Origin: Syntrophales bacterium | GTDB taxonomy: Bacteria > Desulfobacterota > Syntrophia > Syntrophales > UBA2210 | Direction of reading: 5' to 3' | NCBI GenBank assembly: GCA_963666365.2 | Contig: CAXXNF010000002.1 | Span: 2,240,001 to 2,304,000 of the forward strand | DNA: 64,000 nucleotides | Shown here: positions 53,605 through 64,000 of the stretch, piece by piece | How the letters are laid out: the number at the start of each line of letters is the position of its first letter | How positions within the stretch are numbered: the first letter of the stretch is position 1 | Position numbers and translations under genes: made by a program | The notes under the pieces: generated by a model | The model's input: the letters and a program-made list of their open reading frames with translations, nothing else | The model's database searches: none | Told to the model about the DNA's origin: nothing

Positions 53605-54372
53605 TCATGGCATTGACGATGCCGGCATTCTACTCAATACATCGGGACCGTTGTCTGTAATTGCAACCGTGTGCTCAAAATGAGCCGACAATTTTCCATC
53701 GGCCGTTATCACAGTCCATCCGTCGGACTTTACCTTGACCTCATAGGCGCCTTCATTGATCATCGGTTCTATCGCAAGCACCATGCCGGGCTTGAGTAAA
53801 ACACCTCTTCCAGGTGATCCATAATTCGGCACGGCCGGGTCTTCATGCAGATTCCTGCCTATTCCGTGCCCTACATAATCTCTTACGACAGAATACCCGG
53901 CTCTCTCGACATAATCCTGCACCGCATGGGATATATCTCCCAGACGTTTCCCCGATCGAGCGTTTTCTATTCCTTTTAAAAGTGCTTCCTTCGTCACTCT
54001 CATGAGCTTTGCCGCGTTTTCGGATATCTGCCCTACGGCTACGGTAATCGCCGCATCTCCGAAATATCCTCTGTAGTTCACGCCGAAATCAAGGCTTGCA
54101 ATATCGCCTTCAACCAACTCCCGGTCCGACGGAAACCCATGCACTACTTCATTATTAATAGACGCGCAGAGCGCATAGGGGAACCCCCCATACCCTTTAA
54201 ACGCGGGCACGCCCCCCCTGGCTTTTGCAGCCTTTTCAGCATGTTGATCGAGCTCGCGCGTGCTGATTCCAGGCCGCACAAGACTTCTCAGTTCTTCCAA
54301 TATCTCCGCTACGATTGCGTTACTCTCCCGCATTATCTCAATTTCTTCCGGAGTTTTTAACACAATCATCAT
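53605..54372 (-). CDS. map: Methionine aminopeptidase type I
   Basis: SINNEVVHG, GHGIG..LHEDP, AIEPM, SAHFEHT. Confidence 0.97.
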   Translation of the reverse strand: MMIVLKTPEEIEIMRESNAIVAEILEELRSLVRPGISTRELDQHAEKAAKARGGVPAFKGYGGFPYALCASINNEVVHGFPSDRELVEGDIASLDFGVNYRGYFGDAAITVAVGQISENAAKLMRVTKEALLKGIENARSGKRLGDISHAVQDYVERAGYSVVRDYVGHGIGRNLHEDPAVPNYGSPGRGVLLKPGMVLAIEPMINEGAYEVKVKSDGWTVITADGKLSAHFEHTVAITDNGPDVLSRMPASSMP

Positions 54373-54401
54373 CAAATACCTTGAATGAACCTCTGAGGCG
54401 G

Positions 54402-55709
54402 CTACCTCCTCCTGCCTATTCGTCCCTTCTTCATAAATCCCTCATACTGCCGTGTCAGCAAATGTGTTTCAATTTGTCCGGCCGTATCGAGTGCCACACC
54501 CACTACAATAAGAAGCGCCGTCCCTCCAAAGTAAAAGGGGACATTCAACTGACTTATCAGAATGCTCGGCAATACGCATACCGCAGACACGTACACGGCG
54601 CCACTGAAGGTAATCCGCGTGAGTATGCGGTCAATGTACTCCGCTGTCTTCTTTCCCGGCCTGATTCCGGGAACATAGCCGCCGTGTTTTTTCATATTAT
54701 CAGCTACGTCCACGGGATTAAAGGTGACTGCCGTGTAAAAATAACAGAAAAACACAATAAACGCCACATAGAGCAGTTCATATATAACCTGCCCCGGCAT
54801 CAGAAAACCGGCAACAGTCTTCATCCAGGGATGAGGAACAAAGTTTGCGATCGTGGCGGGGAACATAATAATCGATGATGCAAAAATCGGAGGTATCACA
54901 CCGGCCGTATTCACCTTCAGCGGCAGATGGGTTGTCTGACCGCCGTACATCTTTCTTCCTACCACCCGCTTTGCATACTGAACGGGAATTCTCCGCTGTC
55001 CGCTTTCCACAAAGACAATCACCCCTACGACCGCCACCATCATCAGAAGGAGTATAATCGCGAAAAATATTCCCATTTCACCTGTCGACACAAGCCGCAG
55101 CGTGTTATACACAGCCGCAGGCCCGCGACAAACAATTCCGGCAAATATTATCAGTGAAATACCGTTTCCGATACCCTTTTCAGTGATGGTCTCACCGAGC
55201 CACATAATAAAGGAGGTTCCCGCAGTCAGCGTAATCACTGTCATAATTCTGAATGCCCATCCGGACGTGATTACCACTGAGAGCCCCGAGGGCCCCGCCA
55301 TGTTTTCCAACCCCACGGCGATGCCAAATCCCTGTATAATACTTAAAAGAACTGTTCCGTATCGCGTATACTGGGTGATTTTTCGTCTGCCCGCATCACC
55401 TTCCTTGGAAAGCTTTTCGAGATGCGGCACGGCGACCGTCAACAGCTGCAGGATAATCGACGCACTGATGTACGGCATGATGCCCAGTGCAAAGACGGAC
55501 AGGGTGCTCAAGGCCCCCCCGGCAAACATATCGAAAAGTCCGAGAAGTGAGCCCTTTGCCTGCTCAAAGAAAGCGGCCAGTGCCTGCGTATCAATCCCGG
55601 GGGTCGGCACATGCGCCCCTACGCGATAGACGGCTAACAGCAAAAAGGTGAAAAGAATCCTTTTCTGCAATTCCGGAATTTTTCCGATATTTTTAAATCC
55701 GCTCAGCAA
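54402..55709 (-). CDS. secY: Preprotein translocase SecY
   Basis: [53 protein letters not shown]. Confidence 0.98.
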   Translation of the reverse strand: MLSGFKNIGKIPELQKRILFTFLLLAVYRVGAHVPTPGIDTQALAAFFEQAKGSLLGLFDMFAGGALSTLSVFALGIMPYISASIILQLLTVAVPHLEKLSKEGDAGRRKITQYTRYGTVLLSIIQGFGIAVGLENMAGPSGLSVVITSGWAFRIMTVITLTAGTSFIMWLGETITEKGIGNGISLIIFAGIVCRGPAAVYNTLRLVSTGEMGIFFAIILLLMMVAVVGVIVFVESGQRRIPVQYAKRVVGRKMYGGQTTHLPLKVNTAGVIPPIFASSIIMFPATIANFVPHPWMKTVAGFLMPGQVIYELLYVAFIVFFCYFYTAVTFNPVDVADNMKKHGGYVPGIRPGKKTAEYIDRILTRITFSGAVYVSAVCVLPSILISQLNVPFYFGGTALLIVVGVALDTAGQIETHLLTRQYEGFMKKGRIGRRR

Positions 55710-55710
55710 T

Positions 55711-56151
55711 TTACACGACCTCTATTGAACCGCCCGATGCCTCGATTTTCTCTCGTGCGCTCTTCGTTATCCCTTGCACCTTCACTGTCAGCGGAATACT
55801 GATCTCTCCTCTGCCAAGGATCTTTACACCGTCACCCCGCCGCTTGATAATGCCTTTTTCAATCAGCGCATCAACGTCGACCACGTCGCCTTGATCAAAT
55901 CGGGCCAGCGTTTCCACATTAACGGCGACTATATCCTTCCGGAAGGGGTTCTTAAATCCCCGTTTCGGCAAACGTCTGGTCAGAGGCATCTGCCCGCCCT
56001 CGAATCCGGGCTTGACCTTTCCGCCTGAACGCGCATTCTGGCCCTTCGCACCCTTGCACGATGTGCCTCCATGACCTGACCCATTGCCGCGGCCTACTCT
56101 TTTTTTCTTCTTTTTGGCGCCGGCAGGGGGCCGTAACTCATTCAGTCTCAT
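55711..56151 (-). CDS. rplO: 50S ribosomal protein L15
   Basis: [25 protein letters not shown]. Confidence 0.98.
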   Translation of the reverse strand: MRLNELRPPAGAKKKKKRVGRGNGSGHGGTSCKGAKGQNARSGGKVKPGFEGGQMPLTRRLPKRGFKNPFRKDIVAVNVETLARFDQGDVVDVDALIEKGIIKRRGDGVKILGRGEISIPLTVKVQGITKSAREKIEASGGSIEVV

Positions 56152-56345
56152 TATTCTTCTCCCTCATGCGCTTCCACAGAAACCAAATGGGCAACTTTTC
56201 TGACCATGCCGTTGATCTCCGGGGTATCCTGCAGATAGACCGTCTTATTCATCTTCACCAGTCCCATGCCGCGGAGCACCGCACGTTGCTTCTCCGGTCT
56301 CCCGATAGGACTCTTTACCAGTGTAATTTTAAGCTGCTTCGCCAC
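56151..56345 (-). CDS. rpmD: 50S ribosomal protein L30
   Basis: [18 protein letters not shown]; position in the spc operon. Confidence 0.95.
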   Translation of the reverse strand: MAKQLKITLVKSPIGRPEKQRAVLRGMGLVKMNKTVYLQDTPEINGMVRKVAHLVSVEAHEGEE

Positions 56346-56365
56346 AATGGACTCCTCGCGTACTT

Positions 56366-56860
56366 TTATATCTCGGCTACTTCTTTGCCTCTCAACAGGG
56401 CAATGTCTTCGGCGCTTCGCAATCCTCGGAGCCCGGCCATTGTCGCTTTCACCAGGTTATGGGGATTGTGCGACCCGAGGCACTTGGTCAAAATATCATG
56501 CACACCGGCCACCTCGAGAACGGCGCGCACCGCACCGCCTGCAATCAGACCCGTTCCCTTTGAAGCAGGTTTGAGCAGCACCCTTCCCGACCCGAAGTGT
56601 CCCAGCACCTCGTGGGGAATCGTTCCACCATTAAGCGCTATTTGGACCATGTTTTTTTTGGCCATTTCCGTCCCCTTGCGAATTGCCTCGGGAACTTCAT
56701 GGGCCTTGCCGAGACCGATTCCCACAGAGCCGTTTCCATCACCTACCACCATCACGGCACTGAATCGGAATCGCCGGCCGCCCTTTACCACTTTGGCCGT
56801 TCTTTTGATTGCAATTACCTTATCAAGAAGTTCGATCTCTTCCATGTCTTCCTTTTCCAC
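56366..56860 (-). CDS. rpsE: 30S ribosomal protein S5
   Basis: [29 protein letters not shown]. Confidence 0.98.
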   Translation of the reverse strand: MEKEDMEEIELLDKVIAIKRTAKVVKGGRRFRFSAVMVVGDGNGSVGIGLGKAHEVPEAIRKGTEMAKKNMVQIALNGGTIPHEVLGHFGSGRVLLKPASKGTGLIAGGAVRAVLEVAGVHDILTKCLGSHNPHNLVKATMAGLRGLRSAEDIALLRGKEVAEI

Positions 56861-56872
56861 GTCGTTTCAAGT

Positions 56873-57241
56873 TTAAATTTTTAATCCCGCGTCCCGTGCA
56901 CCCTCTGCGACCGCTTTTATGCGCCCGTGGTAGAGGTATCTTCCTCTATCGAACACAGCCTCGTTAATATTCTGCTCCAGAAGCCTTCTGCCTATAAGCC
57001 TGCCGACTTCCGTTGCCGCGTCCACCTTCTTGAGGCCGCTGATGGAATCCTTCAGCTCGCGGCTAAGCGCGGACGCCTCGGCCAGTGTTCTTCCCACATC
57101 ATCGGCTATTGCCTGTACATATATATATCTTGAACTTCTGTAGACGGAAAGACGGGGACGCCGTACCGTTCCGAAAATTTTGCTTCGAACTCGCGTTTGA
57201 CGCCTTTCCCTGACTTTTCTCAGTTTCTTTTCAGAAGACAC
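56873..57241 (-). CDS. rplR: 50S ribosomal protein L18
   Basis: [20 protein letters not shown]. Confidence 0.97.
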   Translation of the reverse strand: MSSEKKLRKVRERRQTRVRSKIFGTVRRPRLSVYRSSRYIYVQAIADDVGRTLAEASALSRELKDSISGLKKVDAATEVGRLIGRRLLEQNINEAVFDRGRYLYHGRIKAVAEGARDAGLKI

Positions 57242-57274
57242 CGTTCGTAACTCCTCTAATATCAGTAATAAGTA

Positions 57275-57811
57275 TTAGCCTGCCGACTTGCCGACTTTTC
57301 TGCGCACCGTTTCGCCGGCATACCGTATCCCCTTGCCCTTGTAAGGTTCCGGTTTCTTGAGTCCCCTTATCTCGGCAGCCACTTTGCCAACCAACTCTTT
57401 ATCTATGCCCGATACGGTCATATTGACCTGTCGTTCAATGGTCACATTAATACCGTCGGCAACATGATATTCCACAGGTTTTGAATAGCCAATCAGCAGT
57501 TTGAGAACATTTCCCTCAATTTCACCCCTGTATCCGACCCCCACAATCTCCAGCTTCTTTTCAAATCCCTGGCTTACCCCTGTCATCATGTTCGCTACAA
57601 GGGTCCGCGCCAGCCCGTGAAGCGCCCTCCCTTTGGTATCATCGGATTTCCTTGTCACCACGACAGCACCGCCGTCAATTGCAAGATCAACCTCCTTGGG
57701 AATCGTTCGTTCAAGCGATCCCCTGGGACCTTCCACCCGTATATTGTCCCCATCCTGCGTAATTTTTACATTCTCAGGAATACTTATTGGTTTTCTACCA
57801 ATCCTCGACAT
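57275..57811 (-). CDS. rplF: 50S ribosomal protein L6
   Basis: MSRIG.KP, GVGYR, PEPYKGKGIRY. Confidence 0.98.
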   Translation of the reverse strand: MSRIGRKPISIPENVKITQDGDNIRVEGPRGSLERTIPKEVDLAIDGGAVVVTRKSDDTKGRALHGLARTLVANMMTGVSQGFEKKLEIVGVGYRGEIEGNVLKLLIGYSKPVEYHVADGINVTIERQVNMTVSGIDKELVGKVAAEIRGLKKPEPYKGKGIRYAGETVRRKVGKSAG

Positions 57812-57853
57812 GAATCAATCTCCCGACACGCATGTGCGATATGAAGGAATATC

Positions 57854-58258
57854 CTACCACACACTGCAAATGATTTCACCGCCCACGTTCATGGCACGGG
57901 CTTCTTTATCCGTCACGATGCCTTTTGACGTAGAAAGTATCGCAATGCCATATCCGTTCAACACCTGTGGGATATCTGTACATCTTGAATACACCCTCCG
58001 GCTCGGCTTGCTTACTCTCTGTAAATCCTGAATGGCCGTCGCCTTCGAAGGAGAATATTTCAAATAGATCCTCAACACATTGTGCTTTGTGCGATTATCT
58101 TTTTTTACGTCGTATCCGCCGATATAGCCCGATCGCTTCAATACCTTTGCAATTTCCGTATTTACTCTCGACATCCGGACATCAACACTTTTAAATTTGT
58201 TCCGATTTGCATTACGTATTCTTGTAAGCATATCGGCTATTGGATCTGTCATTCCCAT
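57854..58258 (-). CDS. rpsH: 30S ribosomal protein S8
   Basis: DPIADMLTRIRNA, RVSKP, STSKG, VGGE. Confidence 0.98.
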   Translation of the reverse strand: MGMTDPIADMLTRIRNANRNKFKSVDVRMSRVNTEIAKVLKRSGYIGGYDVKKDNRTKHNVLRIYLKYSPSKATAIQDLQRVSKPSRRVYSRCTDIPQVLNGYGIAILSTSKGIVTDKEARAMNVGGEIICSVW

Positions 58259-58271
58259 GAGTTCACACCTC

Positions 58272-58457
58272 TTACCAGCTTGCCTTGATCACGCCCGGTA
58301 TTTCACCGTTCAGTGCCCGTTTTCTCAAACAGAGCCTGCACATGTCGAACTTACGGTAATATGCGCGCGGTCTACCACAGAGCGGACAGCGATTATATTC
58401 CCGTACGGAAAATTTTTTCTTGCGTTTCGCCTTCACCATCAAGGATTTCTTTGCCAC
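58272..58457 (-). CDS. rpsN: 30S ribosomal protein S14 (zinc-binding, type Z)
   Basis: 61 aa; RCPLCGRPR...CRLC. Confidence 0.97.
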   Translation of the reverse strand: MAKKSLMVKAKRKKKFSVREYNRCPLCGRPRAYYRKFDMCRLCLRKRALNGEIPGVIKASW

Positions 58458-58474
58458 ACTCGCTCCTCCAAAAC

Positions 58475-59014
58475 CTAATTTCGAAACGGCACTCCCATAA
58501 GCCTTAATAATTCTCGGGCTTCTTCGTCCGTTTTTGCCGTAGTGACGATTGTTATGTTCAGGCCCAGCACCTTGTCGATCTTGTCATAATCTATCTCAGG
58601 GAATATATAATGCTCCGTCACCCCGGTGGAAAAATTACCTCGTCCATCAAATGATTTCGGTGAAATACCTCTGAAATCCCTGATTCTGGGAATGGCGATA
58701 TTCACAAATCGGTCGAAAAACTCGAACATCCGGTCGCTTCTCAGGGTTACCGAGCAGCCTATGGACATGCCCTTTCGAAGTTTAAAGGTGGCGATCGATT
58801 TTCTCGCCTTTGTAATGACAGGCCTCTGCCCTACGATCTGCGCAAGTTCGGCGACGGCATTATCAAGTATTTTGACATTTTGTATCGCCTCGCCAAGCCC
58901 CATATTCACCACGATCTTTTCTAATTTTGGGACTTCCATCACATTTTTATAACCGAACTTTTCGGTTAACGCAGGAATCACTTCTTTTCTGTAGTATTCT
59001 CTTAATCGCGCCAT
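58475..59014 (-). CDS. rplE: 50S ribosomal protein L5
   Basis: [29 protein letters not shown]. Confidence 0.98.
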   Translation of the reverse strand: MARLREYYRKEVIPALTEKFGYKNVMEVPKLEKIVVNMGLGEAIQNVKILDNAVAELAQIVGQRPVITKARKSIATFKLRKGMSIGCSVTLRSDRMFEFFDRFVNIAIPRIRDFRGISPKSFDGRGNFSTGVTEHYIFPEIDYDKIDKVLGLNITIVTTAKTDEEARELLRLMGVPFRN

Positions 59015-59029
59015 CAAACTGTCCTCAGA

Positions 59030-59341
59030 TTACTCATCCAGTATCTCGTTACACTTTTTACAGATACGGACCTTTTTACCGTCTTCCAAGACTTTGTGTC
59101 CTACTCGAACCGCATCATCGCATTTACTGCAGATGACCATCACGTTCGATACATGGATGGAACCCTCTTTCTCCAGAATTCCCCCTTTGCCCTTCGCATC
59201 CGGTCTCTGGTGCTTCTTGACAAGGTTTACTTTCTCCACTACCACTCGTTCCCTGTCCCGAAGAATCGAAAGCACTTTGCCGGTTTTGCCTTTTTCCTTA
59301 CCGGCTACGACCCTGACCATATCACCTTTTTTTATATACAT
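59030..59341 (-). CDS. rplX: 50S ribosomal protein L24
   Basis: KKGD.V.V.AGKEKGK.G, IHVSNV; start may lie slightly upstream. Confidence 0.96.
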   Translation of the reverse strand: MYIKKGDMVRVVAGKEKGKTGKVLSILRDRERVVVEKVNLVKKHQRPDAKGKGGILEKEGSIHVSNVMVICSKCDDAVRVGHKVLEDGKKVRICKKCNEILDE

Positions 59342-59378
59342 GTGCCAATTCCTGCTTTTCGCAATTTTCCGCGTTCTT

Positions 59379-59747
59379 TTAAATGACCTCAGGAGCCAAT
59401 GAGACTATTTTCATAAACTGTTTGGCTCGCAGTTCCCTGGCAACGGGACCGAAGATTCGAGTCCCGATAGGTTCCAGCGAATCGTTGATCAACACGGCAG
59501 CATTATCGTCAAATTTCAGATAGGACCCATCTTCGCGTCCCACTTCTTTCACCGTTCTCACCACCACCGCCTTCAAGACATCGCCCTTCTTCACCTTCGA
59601 GTGGGGGATGGCCTCTTTCACCGCAACAACTATGACATCGCCGATCCGGGCGTAACGCCTCTTTGATCCGCCAAGCACTTTTATGCAGCTTACACGCTTG
59701 GCCCCGGAATTATCCGCCACATTCAACGACGTTTGCATCTGTATCAT
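59379..59747 (-). CDS. rplN: 50S ribosomal protein L14
   Basis: [27 protein letters not shown]. Confidence 0.98.
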   Translation of the reverse strand: MIQMQTSLNVADNSGAKRVSCIKVLGGSKRRYARIGDVIVVAVKEAIPHSKVKKGDVLKAVVVRTVKEVGREDGSYLKFDDNAAVLINDSLEPIGTRIFGPVARELRAKQFMKIVSLAPEVI

Positions 59748-59774
59748 GACGACAACCTCACCGCTTGAAACGTT

Positions 59775-60044
59775 CTATTTCGCCTTCTCTAATATTTGGC
59801 GTACGCGCCATCGCTTTTCCTTACTCAACGGCCGCGACTCCGCTATCAGCACACGATCGCCGACTCTACACTCGTTCGTCTCGTCGTGAGCCTTATATTT
59901 CACGTGTCTTCTTATGTACTTGTGAAACTTGGGATATTTAATCAACCGCTCAGTTCGTACGACAACTGTTTTATCCATCTTATCACTGACGACCACACCC
60001 TGGATGGTCTTTCTGATTCCGCGGGTTTCCATCCTATTCTGCAA
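59775..60044 (-). CDS. rpsQ: 30S ribosomal protein S17
   Basis: [27 protein letters not shown]. Confidence 0.97.
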   Translation of the reverse strand: MQNRMETRGIRKTIQGVVVSDKMDKTVVVRTERLIKYPKFHKYIRRHVKYKAHDETNECRVGDRVLIAESRPLSKEKRWRVRQILEKAK

Positions 60045-60228
60045 CCCCCTTCTCCCTGAGAATTGTCTTTACTCGCGCCATATCTCTGCGTATTTCCCTC
60101 ATCGACGCCGGCGAATCGAGCTGACCCGACGTGAACCTGAAACGAAGTTTGAAAAGATCTTCCGCCAGACTTTTCTCCTTTTGTTGCAGTTCTTCTATGC
60201 TCAGTTCTCGTATCTCCTTAACCTTCAT
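60034..60228 (-). CDS. rpmC: 50S ribosomal protein L29
   Basis: [15 protein letters not shown]; position in the S10 operon. Confidence 0.95.
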   Translation of the reverse strand: MKVKEIRELSIEELQQKEKSLAEDLFKLRFRFTSGQLDSPASMREIRRDMARVKTILREKGVAE

Positions 60229-60646
60229 CGAATATATCCCTCGAAAGAAATTTCGTTTCTATGGGAAGCTTCTGAGCCGCTAATCGAAAGGCCTCGCGAG
60301 CAATCTCCTTGGAGATTCCTTCCATTTCATAAAGAACGGCGCCTTTCTTTACCACGGCCACCCATTCTTCGGGCGAACCCTTCCCCTTTCCCATTCTCGT
60401 TTCAGCAGGCTTTCGCGTTATCGACTTGTGGGGGAACACCCGTATCCAGATCTTTCCGCCACGCCGCACATGCCGCGTAATTGCGATACGAGCGGCCTCT
60501 ATCTGCCGCGCCGTGATTTCACCATTTGAAACGGCCTGAAGTCCGAATTCGCCAAAGCTCACCACATTGCCCTTCTGGGCCTGTCCACGCTTTGAACCCT
60601 TCGCTTTCTGCAACTTCCGGTATTTAACTCTCTTTGGCGCTAACAT
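60218..60646 (-). CDS. rplP: 50S ribosomal protein L16
   Basis: [21 protein letters not shown]. Confidence 0.98.
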   Translation of the reverse strand: MLAPKRVKYRKLQKAKGSKRGQAQKGNVVSFGEFGLQAVSNGEITARQIEAARIAITRHVRRGGKIWIRVFPHKSITRKPAETRMGKGKGSPEEWVAVVKKGAVLYEMEGISKEIAREAFRLAAQKLPIETKFLSRDIFDEG

Positions 60647-60712
60647 ACTATATTACCCTGCCTCATAATCTTCGCAGCAGTCGCCTGCCACATGCTTTAT
60701 TCAGTTATTGCG

Positions 60713-61360
60713 CTATACGGTTACCGCCTGTGCGTCGGCTAAAACCTCACCGTGGAAAATGAGCACCTTGACTCCGATCACACCATAGGTCGTATTCGCT
60801 TCGGCAAACCCGTAATCAATGTCCGCCCGTAATGTGTGGAGCGGCACTCTGCCTTCACGATACCACTCGCGCCGCGCCATCTCAGCGCCGCCAAGACGCC
60901 CGGCGCAGGCCACGCGAATACCCTTCGCTCCGAATTTCAGCGCCGAGGTAACACCCCGTTTCATTGCCCGCCTGAAGGCAACCCTTCGTTCAAGCTGAAG
61001 GGCTATATTCTCGGCTACAAGCTGTGCATCTATTTCCGGTTTACGGACTTCCATTATATTAATTATCGCCTCGCCGGACATAAATGCTTCAAGTTCCTTT
61101 TTGATTTTTTCAATCTCGGAACCTTTTCTTCCGATAATTATACCCGGTCTCGCTGTATGGATATTGATCTTCGCCTTATCCGCCGCCCGCTCTATTTCGA
61201 TTTTCGATATGCCGGCATGATAGAACTTTTTCTTAAGATGCCTGCGAATTTTAATATCCTCGTGAAGCAGCTTGCTGTAGTTCTTTTCCGTAAACCACTG
61301 AGAACTCCACGTTTTGTTCACGCCCAACCTGAAACCAATGGGACTCACCTTCTGGCCCAA
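60713..61360 (-). CDS. rpsC: 30S ribosomal protein S3
   Basis: [33 protein letters not shown]. Confidence 0.98.
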   Translation of the reverse strand: MGQKVSPIGFRLGVNKTWSSQWFTEKNYSKLLHEDIKIRRHLKKKFYHAGISKIEIERAADKAKINIHTARPGIIIGRKGSEIEKIKKELEAFMSGEAIINIMEVRKPEIDAQLVAENIALQLERRVAFRRAMKRGVTSALKFGAKGIRVACAGRLGGAEMARREWYREGRVPLHTLRADIDYGFAEANTTYGVIGVKVLIFHGEVLADAQAVTV

Positions 61361-61380
61361 ACTTTCACCTCCTCAATCCC

Positions 61381-61713
61381 TTACCGCTCGTCTAAAATAA
61401 CCGTAATATGACTTGTTCTTTTTCGAATCGGCGCTACTCTGCCCTGCGCACGCGCCCTCCATCGCTTCAATGTGGGCCCCGGACCTACAAATATCTCTTT
61501 GACATAGAGTATCTTTTCGTCGATGTGAGGATTTTGTGACGCATTTGCCATCGCCGACTTCAGCACCTTTTTGACGATCGGCGCCGCCTTCTTCTCTGTA
61601 AAAGTGAGAATCGTTTCCGCGTCCTCAACCTTTTTGCCCCTCACCAGATCAACGACCAGTTTCACCTTTTGCGGCGATATGCGGATGTACTTCGCTATAG
61701 CTTTCGCTTCCAT
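61381..61713 (-). CDS. rplV: 50S ribosomal protein L22
   Basis: RISPQK, SAMANA, RAQGR, RTSHIT. Confidence 0.98.
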   Translation of the reverse strand: MEAKAIAKYIRISPQKVKLVVDLVRGKKVEDAETILTFTEKKAAPIVKKVLKSAMANASQNPHIDEKILYVKEIFVGPGPTLKRWRARAQGRVAPIRKRTSHITVILDER

Positions 61714-61749
61714 CTATTTTTAACTCCAAAAAGCTTTGATCGGCCCTAT

Positions 61750-62034
61750 CTACCGTTTCTTCACTTTCGATTTTCGATCACCTGCGTGGCCGTAAAAAGT
61801 TCTCGTCGGCGAGAATTCACCGAGCTTATGACCCACCATATTCTCCGTGACGTACACGGGAATAAACTTCTTGCCATTATGAACGGCAAAGGTGTGTCCC
61901 ACCAATTCAGGAATTACCGTTGATCGGCGAGACCATGTCTTTATCACCGTTCTGCTCCCCGTTTCTTCAGCCTTTTCTACCTTTTTCAGGAGCTTTTCCT
62001 CAATATACGGACCTTTTTTTATTGAACGCGCCAC
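61750..62034 (-). CDS. rpsS: 30S ribosomal protein S19
   Basis: RSIKKGP, TWSRRS, VHNGK, GHKLGEF. Confidence 0.98.
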   Translation of the reverse strand: MARSIKKGPYIEEKLLKKVEKAEETGSRTVIKTWSRRSTVIPELVGHTFAVHNGKKFIPVYVTENMVGHKLGEFSPTRTFYGHAGDRKSKVKKR

Positions 62035-62038
62035 TCTG

Positions 62039-62860
62039 TTAACCCCTTCTCTTTACTATATATTTGTCAGAGTACTTGTTCTTCCTCGTCTTATACCCCT
62101 TGGTCGGAACACCCCAGGGTGTCGTGGGATGTCTTCCCCCGGAGGACTTTCCTTCTCCTCCCCCCATCGGGTGATCGACAGGGTTCTTGACGACGCCTCT
62201 TACATGGGGGCGTATCCCCAGCCACCGTGAACGACCGGCCTTTCCGATGCTCACATTTTCATGCTCTATGTTTCCGACCTGACCGATCGTCGCCTTGCAC
62301 TCGATGCGCACCTTGCGCACTTCCCCTGAGGGAAGCCGAATCTGGGCATAGGACCCTTCCTTGGCCATGAGCTGTCCGTAGGATCCGGCGCTGCGTATCA
62401 ATTGCCCTCCCTTGCCTATCTTGAGCTCAAGATTGTGAATCAGCGTACCCAGAGGAATGTTTTTAAGCGGTACCGTGTTCCCAGGCTTCATGTCGGCCCT
62501 TTCACTGCTGATGACGGTATCCCCCACCTGAAGACCCACCGGCGCAAGGATATATCTCTTTTCTCCATCAAGATAGTGCAGCAGCGCAATCCTCGACGAA
62601 CGGTTCGGATCGTACTCGATTGACGCAACCTTTGCGGGAATATCCAGTTTTTCTCTTTTGAAATCGACAATCCGGTACATCCGCTTATGACCGCCGCCTT
62701 TGTATCTGTTGGTCATTCGCCCCAGATTGTTTCTTCCCCCCGATTGCTTCAGCGGCGCAAGAAGACTTTTCTCCGGCCTTTTCTCGGTTATCTCATCAAA
62801 TGTCGATCCGGTTTGAAACCTTCGCCCCGGCGATGTCGGTTTATAGGTTTTGATTGCCAT
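62039..62860 (-). CDS. rplB: 50S ribosomal protein L2
   Basis: GGRNN.G, EYDPNR, NPVDHP.GGGEG. Confidence 0.98.
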   Translation of the reverse strand: MAIKTYKPTSPGRRFQTGSTFDEITEKRPEKSLLAPLKQSGGRNNLGRMTNRYKGGGHKRMYRIVDFKREKLDIPAKVASIEYDPNRSSRIALLHYLDGEKRYILAPVGLQVGDTVISSERADMKPGNTVPLKNIPLGTLIHNLELKIGKGGQLIRSAGSYGQLMAKEGSYAQIRLPSGEVRKVRIECKATIGQVGNIEHENVSIGKAGRSRWLGIRPHVRGVVKNPVDHPMGGGEGKSSGGRHPTTPWGVPTKGYKTRKNKYSDKYIVKRRG

Positions 62861-62880
62861 CTGCCTTCTACCTTCTCTTC

Positions 62881-63168
62881 TTATACTCCCGCATACATTT
62901 CAATTGCGTTTCCGGGAGCAAGGGTTACGATCGCTTTTTTCCAGTTATTGCGCCTGCCGATAATTCTTCCATGCCGCTTCTTTTTCCCGAGCATGTTCAT
63001 GGTCCGGACATCAACAACTTTTACTTTGAATATTTTTTCAACCGCACCCTGAATTTCGATTTTTGTTGCCCTTTTATCAACCTCAAAGACGTAGCTGTTC
63101 GTTTCTTCTCGTACGATGGTACTTTTCTCAGTGATGACCGGTCGTTTGATAACAGCATATATATCCAT
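62881..63168 (-). CDS. rplW: 50S ribosomal protein L23
   Basis: [15 protein letters not shown]. Confidence 0.97.
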   Translation of the reverse strand: MDIYAVIKRPVITEKSTIVREETNSYVFEVDKRATKIEIQGAVEKIFKVKVVDVRTMNMLGKKKRHGRIIGRRNNWKKAIVTLAPGNAIEMYAGV

Positions 63169-63791
63169 TATGACAGCAATGCCCCCTCTATTGTTTTTAC
63201 GGAAGGCTCAAGAAGCACAAGGGTATCGTATTTTAAAATGTCATAGACGTTTATGCCCTCGGCCCGCATCATTTTCACGTCGGGTATATTTCGCGAAGAT
63301 CTATTCACCGCTTCATTCTCCTTGTCAATCACAAAGAGCGCCTTTGTGAGCGCAAAGCGGTCCATAATCTCCTTGAACTTTTTTGTTTTGATCTCCTCCA
63401 TTGTGAAATCCTTGAGTATCAGCACTCTATTTTCTTTCACCTTCATGCTGAGGGCCGATCTCAATGCCGCCTTTCTCACTTTCTTGGGGACCTTATAGGA
63501 GTAATCACGCGGCTTCGGTCCAAACACAATACCCCCGCCCCTCCAGATGGGCGATCTCGTGGTTCCCGCCCTGGCTCGTCCGGTACCCTTCTGGCGCCAC
63601 GGTTTCTTTCCTCCGCCCCTAACATCAGACCGCCCCTTCGTTGATGCCGTTCCTTGTCGTCGGCGTGCCATCTGCATGGTCACCACTTCATACATTACAT
63701 CTTCATTCACCGGAACTCCGAACACCCGATCGTCCAGCTCAAGCTCGGCAACCTTATTTTTTTCTATATCGTATACTTCCAAAGACGCCAT
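63168..63791 (-). CDS. rplD: 50S ribosomal protein L4
   Basis: [22 protein letters not shown]. Confidence 0.98.
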   Translation of the reverse strand: MASLEVYDIEKNKVAELELDDRVFGVPVNEDVMYEVVTMQMARRRQGTASTKGRSDVRGGGKKPWRQKGTGRARAGTTRSPIWRGGGIVFGPKPRDYSYKVPKKVRKAALRSALSMKVKENRVLILKDFTMEEIKTKKFKEIMDRFALTKALFVIDKENEAVNRSSRNIPDVKMMRAEGINVYDILKYDTLVLLEPSVKTIEGALLS

Positions 63792-63808
63792 TTTATTTCT
63801 CCAGATCC

Positions 63809-64000
63809 CTATAATTTGACGGCATCCTTTATCATCACAATACCGTTTACGCTTCCGGGAACCGCTCCTTTAACAAGAATGAGATTCAGTTCAGGACGCA
63901 CACCCACGATGATGAGGTTCTGAACTGAATGGCGCTTATTCCCCATCTGTCCCGGCAGCCTTTTGCCTTTCATCACGTGAGAGGGGTAGGCGCTTGCACC
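63809..64000 (-). CDS. rplC: 50S ribosomal protein L3, C-terminal part
   Basis: Manual translation GASAYPSHVMKGKRLPGQMG...VQNL...LILVKGAVPG. Confidence 0.96.
   Translation of the reverse strand, partial: GASAYPSHVMKGKRLPGQMGNKRHSVQNLIIVGVRPELNLILVKGAVPGSVNGIVMIKDAVKL

Overview
64 kb window from a selenocysteine-using bacterium. Gene content suggests Desulfobacterota (Deltaproteobacteria), possibly Syntrophales-like; this is inference. 1-11 kb: acyl-CoA metabolism (ADP-forming CoA ligase, family III CoA-transferase, acyl-CoA dehydrogenase), a serine hydrolase lipoprotein, a pyrimidine-dimer-glycosylase/DUF1722 protein, a YqaE/Pmp3 peptide and an orphan LivJ-type binding protein. 11-36.6 kb: an accessory island of four giant secreted multidomain proteins (2248, 1461, 1461 and 2535 aa), each ending in a dockerin-like double Ca-binding domain. 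The three + strand genes share a near-identical 2.6-3.3 kb 3' constant region but carry different N-terminal heads. A MntA/HepT toxin-antitoxin pair and many palindromic repeats lie between the copies. This variable-head/constant-stalk/dockerin array is the most notable system here. 36.9-42.7 kb: an MlaE(STAS)-MlaF-MlaD-PqiC-like operon, a selenocysteine peroxiredoxin split by the ORF caller at an in-frame TGA (SECIS-like hairpin visible), and an LpxR-family protein. 42.7-64 kb: housekeeping genes cysS, argC, rpsI-rplM, lptD, folC and the S10-spc-alpha ribosomal superoperon. No rRNA, tRNA, CRISPR array, integrase, transposase or reverse transcriptase was recognised.
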